Below, one piece after another: positions 61,006 through 64,000 of a stretch of 64,000 nt of DNA; positions within the stretch are counted from its first letter, which is position 1, and the number at the start of each line of letters is the position of its first letter. The notes below the pieces were generated by a model. The model saw only the letters and a program-made list of their open reading frames with translations. It made no database searches and was not told the DNA's origin. The DNA comes from Azolla caroliniana. Taxonomy: Eukaryota > Plantae > Polypodiophyta. Location: the NCBI GenBank assembly GCA_043228905.1, contig JBHGNT010000012.1:8246001-8310000 (forward strand), given 5' to 3'. Made by a program: the position numbers and the translations under genes.

Positions 61006-64000
61006 TTAACATCTTTTAAGAGGCCAAAATGGCCTAGAGAGAGAGAGAGAGAGAATTTAAATGTCAGGTTCTCAATATGAGGCTATTTTGAAGCTGGCTC
61101 TTCGGATTCAGCAATGGAGTAGAGAGCCTCCTGCATCACCAGTGATAGCTAGCCTATATAAATTGGAAATGGGACAAGAACAAGCATTCTTAAATGCTAT
61201 TATGATGCACCTTATGGAAGCTTTCAGAAGTGGTGACAACTTTACAAGGCTGTGCATATTGAAGGTTTTATTGCTAGAGATGAAAAGTCGGAAAAATGGT
61301 GGAAAAAATCTGCATGGGAAAGCCTTAATAACAAATGAGAGGATTTCAAATCATGCAGAGGTTCTAAAGCGTGTCAAGGCAATCATAACAAGTGGAGATC
61401 ATACAGCAAAAGCATTGGCATTGTTAGTAGTTGGTTGTTTGGCTGAACTTGCAAAAGATAGTGTAGACTTGCATAGACTTGTCTTTGAAGCTATAAACTC
61501 ACCATATGAATGTGAAGTAAGTACTTTGGTAGTTATATTTTTATTCTTTTGGTAGCCATAGCATCTGTTTCTGAATTCATTTAAACCTAAAACATATTTT
61601 TCACATCTTTCTGCAGGTTAGAGCTGCTTTATGTACGTTGGGTTGCTTTTGTGAAATTTCAGATCATTTTTCATTATTAGCATTGGATCGAATTAGTGAT
61701 ATTTTGAATGCTATGAACACGCCTACAAAAGTGAGAATCCAAACTATTTTTGTGCTTCCTCACATGCATGTTTCACAAGAAGTCTCTATGAAGGCCTTTG
61801 AGGTTAGCATTCCACAATATGCTTATTCATATTCCAAAGATGTTGTATCTATCAAAGAGATAATCCTTCGAAAATGTTTTTGTAAACAATTAAAAAAGGT
61901 ATTTCAGTACACAGCCTTTAAATAGTGTCTTTTTTTAAACATAACATGTTTCTTCCAGGTCGGAAAAGCTCTAATGCTTAGAATGCCAGTCGAGGATGTG
62001 GTGTTTCCTATGCTGGAATCACTTTCGAGGCTTGCTTCAAAATCTAGCATAATACTTGCAGAACAGGTTTTGCTCTTGTAACGTGTTGATTATTTTCATG
62101 TTTGTATATACTTAGTAGGTTGTTTAAGGATGTTCATTTTATCTCAAAGCAAAGAAAAATCTACAAGCCGGTTGTTGAGACTATCATGTGCACATTTAAA
62201 GGATTCTAATACCCTAAACCACATTACCCTTTCTTTTGTGTTTAATCCTTTCTGAAAGGGAACACGTCTGTTATGAATGCAAATGATATTCAAATGGAAA
62301 CCAATTCCTAAGTTCCTGAAGGAATGGAACAAATTGGCAATTTAACTGTTTGAAGCTTTATGATAATAAGGCCAGCATGGATTTGTTTCAAAGGAAGATG
62401 GTGAAATTTTGGAGGATATTTTTGATAATCATGCAGTAAAAATATATCACTTCGAGAAAATAGGCATAAAATAAATCTTGAATTTTTTTTATTCTACATA
62501 CCTTGTGTTACTGTATCACAATTTCTATTCATGTGCTGGAAATACAAACAATTTCCCACCCCACTTTTAATCTAATTATCCTATATATGCATGATTCTCA
62601 TGTTCTTTCCAAGAGACATCACTTCCAGAAAATAGGCATAGAATAAATCATGAATTTGTTTATTTTACATATCTTGTGTTACTGTATCACAATTCCTATT
62701 CATGTGCTGGAAATACACAATTTCCCACCCACTTTTAATCTAGTTATCCTATCTATGCATGATTCTCATGTTCTTTCCTTTAACAACTGTCTGAATTAGA
62801 AGAAAGGTAAGTGTAAGACAAGGATATCATCATCCAACAAAATTTAACTATATATTAAAATTCCTTTTGAAAGTATTTGCATGAGAAAAACAGTTCTGTT
62901 TTTTAAATTTGGACGTAAGTTCACTATACAATTCAGGTATCCACTTGTGCAGGTGGATTTACTATTAAAATATATCTGTTCAGATCCTCGTTCCACTGTA
63001 CATGTAGTTGCATTGAAATGCCTTGCAAGGCTTGCCAGAAAGTGTAGAGGGAGAATCAGAAATGGGGAAACAGTACCAATAATGCTTAGCATATTGGAAA
63101 ATCCTCAAAAACCATTTCACTTGAAGGCATTGTCACTGCAGACTTTGAAAGCGGTATAATCTTCAACAAATAAACCGTCTTTTCTTTCACTTGTTATTTT
63201 TGTGGAAATTATAAATGGTTTTTGGTATGTATGTTTCTTATTTTTTCAGTTGTTCCCTTTTGCCATCATGGCTGGTGATGCTGATCATTTAACAAGGTTA
63301 CTGTCTATTGCTGAACTTTCTGCAATGCGTTCTGATTGGCAACAAGTTAAACCTGTTCTTGGGCTTTTAGTGGATCTTATATATGATTTAAATAAGATGA
63401 GGCCAGAAGTTATACAAAAGGCAGATATACAAATGGGGCTTCATAAATTTTCCCTTTCTCAAGATGCTGATGTTGACATGATACCATCGACATCAAAGGC
63501 GAGTGATGCTATTTATGCACTAGATCTTCCAGCCCGATCTGCTCTATTGATTTGTGATCATTTAGCTCTATTAGCTAATTCATGGGATCAACAAGGACTC
63601 AAGAATGTGGAATTGGATGAATTATTAGAAAAAACTGCGTCAAATGGCACTGGGCTAGAAGAAAGATGCCAATATTTGTGTACACTTATGTTAAAATTAG
63701 CAAAGGGTTCTACTGGTACTGCTTATGTGATTGTTGATTGCCTTTGTGGAATGGTTGAAGCTTTTCTAAACGAGCTTCAGAAGTTGGAAAATAATCAAGG
63801 GAACAGGAACAATTCAATGCCAGAAGAACATGCAAAAGGATTAAATCCAGCTGAATCTGTTTCTAAGAAAAGTAGAACACAGTCCAAAGTACTTATCACC
63901 AGATCACCTCTTTTAAAAATCATGTGCCTTTGTATTAGAGATTGTGGGCTTGTATCCATGTTTGAAGAAGAGTGTTTAAGAAAGACTGTTAGAAGATTAA
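57419..64000 (+). CDS. INTS7: Integrator complex subunit 7, 5' part (runs off the window end)
   Basis: Exons 57419-57494, 61068-61516, 61617-61802, 61959-62066, 62953-63153, 63250->64000, all in frame. MDEIPAASAMQWNLDLDRGLRS..QYEAI..IQQWSREP..FLNAIMMHLMEAFRSGDNFTRLCILKV..N..EVLKRVK....GD..AKALAL matches plant INTS7 as I recall it. Confidence 0.88.
58965..60880 (-). mobile_element. Three stacked 3' fragments of RTEX-like LINE family C in INTS7 intron 1
   Basis: Copies start at about 58965, 59236 and 59608, each with a (GAAA)n tail plus AGGCCAAAATGGCCT. The third extends into ORF2 remnants (TEVGRYT..ERICQLCHQEVEFEEH) with a large internal deletion. Confidence 0.85.
60881..61053 (-). repeat. 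(GA)n tract with two ultra-short LINE tails (family B about 55 bp, family C about 35 bp)
   Basis: 60881-60938 and 61002-61036 contain only tail plus hairpin. Confidence 0.85.
62446..62778. repeat. Intronic tandem duplication, 2 x about 170 bp
   Basis: ATCACTTC.AGAAAATAGGCATA..ATTCTCATGTTCTTTCC starts at 62446 and 62618. Confidence 0.9.

Noticed and set aside
61061-61555. ORF-track start of INTS7 at 61061
   Set aside because: The conserved N-terminus is encoded by an upstream exon at 57419-57494 that splices in frame to 61068

Overview
Eukaryotic, AT-rich, repeat-dense land-plant DNA. Tcn1-type chromovirus, RTEX LINEs and gene style suggest a non-seed plant such as a fern or lycophyte (inference). 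Four host genes can be reconstructed exon by exon: a single-exon BYPASS1/DUF793-like gene (-), a 7-exon organellar glyoxalase II (+), an 8-exon LAV-family B3 transcription factor (+, ABI3/FUS3/LEC2 group) and the 5' part of Integrator subunit 7 (+). The rest is nested, decayed mobile DNA: a near full-length two-ORF RTEX LINE plus many 3' fragments of related families in (GA)n/(GATA)n/(GAAA)n tracts, L1-clade LINEs, a complete Ty3/Gypsy chromovirus, an LTR-less Copia body and hAT-type MITEs with 8-bp TSDs. The standout is at 1-4179. A decayed six-exon gene with GT-AG introns encodes a ParB/Srx-like domain fused to a bacterial-type beta-class N4C/N6A DNA amino-methyltransferase. It lies head-to-head (261 bp between ATGs) with a putative Sola/DUF7869-like transposase N-terminus, and its first intron holds an array of four palindromes. 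This is a candidate DNA transposon carrying its own DNA-modifying enzyme. Other notable signals: a Tf1-like self-priming PBS and an antisense tRNA-like (Pol III A/B box) module in the Gypsy LTRs, and a covarying 3' stem-loop shared by three LINE families. All alignments and counts were done by eye; no database searches were run.
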